DNA of 32,000 bases from Pseudomonas aeruginosa (lineage in GTDB: Bacteria > Pseudomonadota > Gammaproteobacteria > Pseudomonadales > Pseudomonadaceae): the NCBI RefSeq assembly GCF_001457615.1, contig NZ_LN831024.1:1050001-1082000 (forward strand), written 5' to 3'. Every line of letters begins with the position of its first letter. Positions within the stretch are counted from its first letter, which is position 1. A program made the position numbers and the translations under genes. The notes below the pieces were generated by a model that was not told the DNA's origin, did no database searches, and worked only from the letters and a program-made list of their open reading frames with translations. Positions 31,971-32,000 of the stretch are shown piece by piece.

Positions 31971-32000
31971 GAATGAATATGCGAGGGCTGAGGCAATTTG

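Overview
High-GC chromosomal segment whose gene order and protein sequences match Pseudomonas aeruginosa (roughly PAO1 PA3958 to PA3931; locus tags are from memory, not a database search). It looks like core genome: no tRNA or rRNA, transposase, integrase, phage gene or CRISPR array was seen. From left to right it carries: an EEP-family protein; an SDR dehydrogenase; a VOC protein; a YciC-like membrane protein; an SfnG-like flavin monooxygenase; an isochorismatase-fold protein; a DUF2076 protein; a NYN/LabA-like protein; an RhlE DEAD-box helicase; a TIGR03862-like flavoprotein; the rocA1 / rocR-rocS1 (sad) signalling locus; two tandem GNATs; a double-domain SagB-like nitroreductase; tesB; a HAD hydrolase; an HU-family protein; an acyl-CoA-dehydrogenase-like protein; tauABCD-like genes; an OPT transporter; a BCCT choline-type transporter; a degenerate SfnR-like sigma54 activator; and an NlpA/MetQ-like binding protein. 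I found no clearly new multi-gene system. The strongest leads are: (1) a sigma54-type AAA+ regulator that lacks the GAFTGA loop, both arginine fingers and the end of its HTH; (2) a tandem GNAT pair with a divergent acetyl-CoA motif in one copy, next to an orphan two-domain SagB-like oxidoreductase; (3) a structured AT-rich element upstream of the orphan NlpA-family gene that shares a 12-mer with the tauA upstream region; and (4) a loose concentration of organosulfur genes. All coordinates were read by eye.
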